A DNA stretch of 33,000 bases from Octopus sinensis. Taxonomy: Eukaryota. Shown here one piece after another: positions 32,198 to 33,000 of the stretch; the first letter of the stretch is position 1, and each line of letters begins with the position of its first letter. The stretch is from contig NC_043012.1 in the NCBI RefSeq assembly GCF_006345805.1, positions 36,580,001 through 36,613,000 on the forward strand, read 5' to 3'. Position numbers and translations under genes: made by a program. The notes under the pieces were generated by a model. The model made no database searches, had not been told where the DNA came from, and saw nothing but the letters and a program-made list of their open reading frames with translations.

Positions 32198-33000
32198 CTG
32201 CATTAATGTGCATGTGCACACACACACAAGCTGAGAGTAAGAGAACCATTACACTTTTATATAAGTCTATACTTCCATGTGTTACATCAGTTTGTTCCAC
32301 AATATTTGTAAACACATCAATCTTTCTTTTCTCAGTCTCCTGTTGTCACCAAAATGTTTCCAGCCCTTCTAATTGTCACATTGTGTCTATCCAAGCCTAC
32401 CTTATACATTCACCTTTTCTCCTCTCATCTCTGAAACTCCTTTCTTATCTATGTTTTCTCTACAGATAACCCACCAGCAAGAGTACCTGTAGAGGGGAGG
32501 GATGGCTTGCAAAGTTAAAGGTCATTGCCTCCTTTAGTTGCAGATAAAAATATGGGTATTATTCATATAAAAATATGCATAAGTGAGCACGCAAGTGTGT
32601 ATGTATCTATGTATATACATACATACACTTATCATATATTGAGTGAGACTGTGCAATTTTATCTCTATATATAAATATATATATAAAATGTGAGCATACT
32701 CACACACACAAGGTGGTGAGTCAGTACAGTTGTGACAATGTTCTTTCTCTTTAATATCATCATAATCATCATTTAATGTAATCCATGTTCCATGGATGGT
32801 TTGAGAGAATCTGATGGGTCCCAAAACTGCATTCTGCTCGCATGCACTTTGGCATGGCTCCTATGACTTTATGCCCTTCTTATGAAAAGCCAGTCACGTT
32901 ACAGATTGTTGTGGGTGCTTTTATTTTCATGCTGCTAGCACTAGTGAAGATGCTATGCAGCTTGCAAGACTATGACCACTCCTCAGGATTGGAGGAGAGA

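Overview
Eukaryotic, AT-rich, repeat-dense genomic DNA, almost certainly from an octopus: the tRNA-derived SINE families, (CAT)n-tailed RTE-related elements and (TA)n/(TG)n microsatellites match repeats I recognise from Octopus genomes. No prokaryotic features, rRNA, true tRNA or CRISPR array were seen. Most ORFs in the supplied track are artefacts of microsatellites or SINEs. Well supported: several SINE families; a CR1/L2-type LINE 3' end; RTE remnants; TTAA-flanked MITEs and a hairpin MITE; two non-autonomous Helitrons; and a decayed Tc1/mariner transposase interrupted by two retroelements. Less certain: short GT-AG exon candidates on the minus strand across the window, suggesting one or more unidentified multi-exon genes. 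I cannot name them; a weak VWA3-like resemblance is only a hypothesis. CpG decay in repeat copies divides the window into alternating CpG-retaining and CpG-depleted domains. I found no convincing new biological system. The most interesting items are the orphan gene model, the nested transposon history, inverted repeats that could form dsRNA, and a retroelement with a variable 5' monomer array. All alignments and coordinates were read by eye, and repeat boundaries are approximate.
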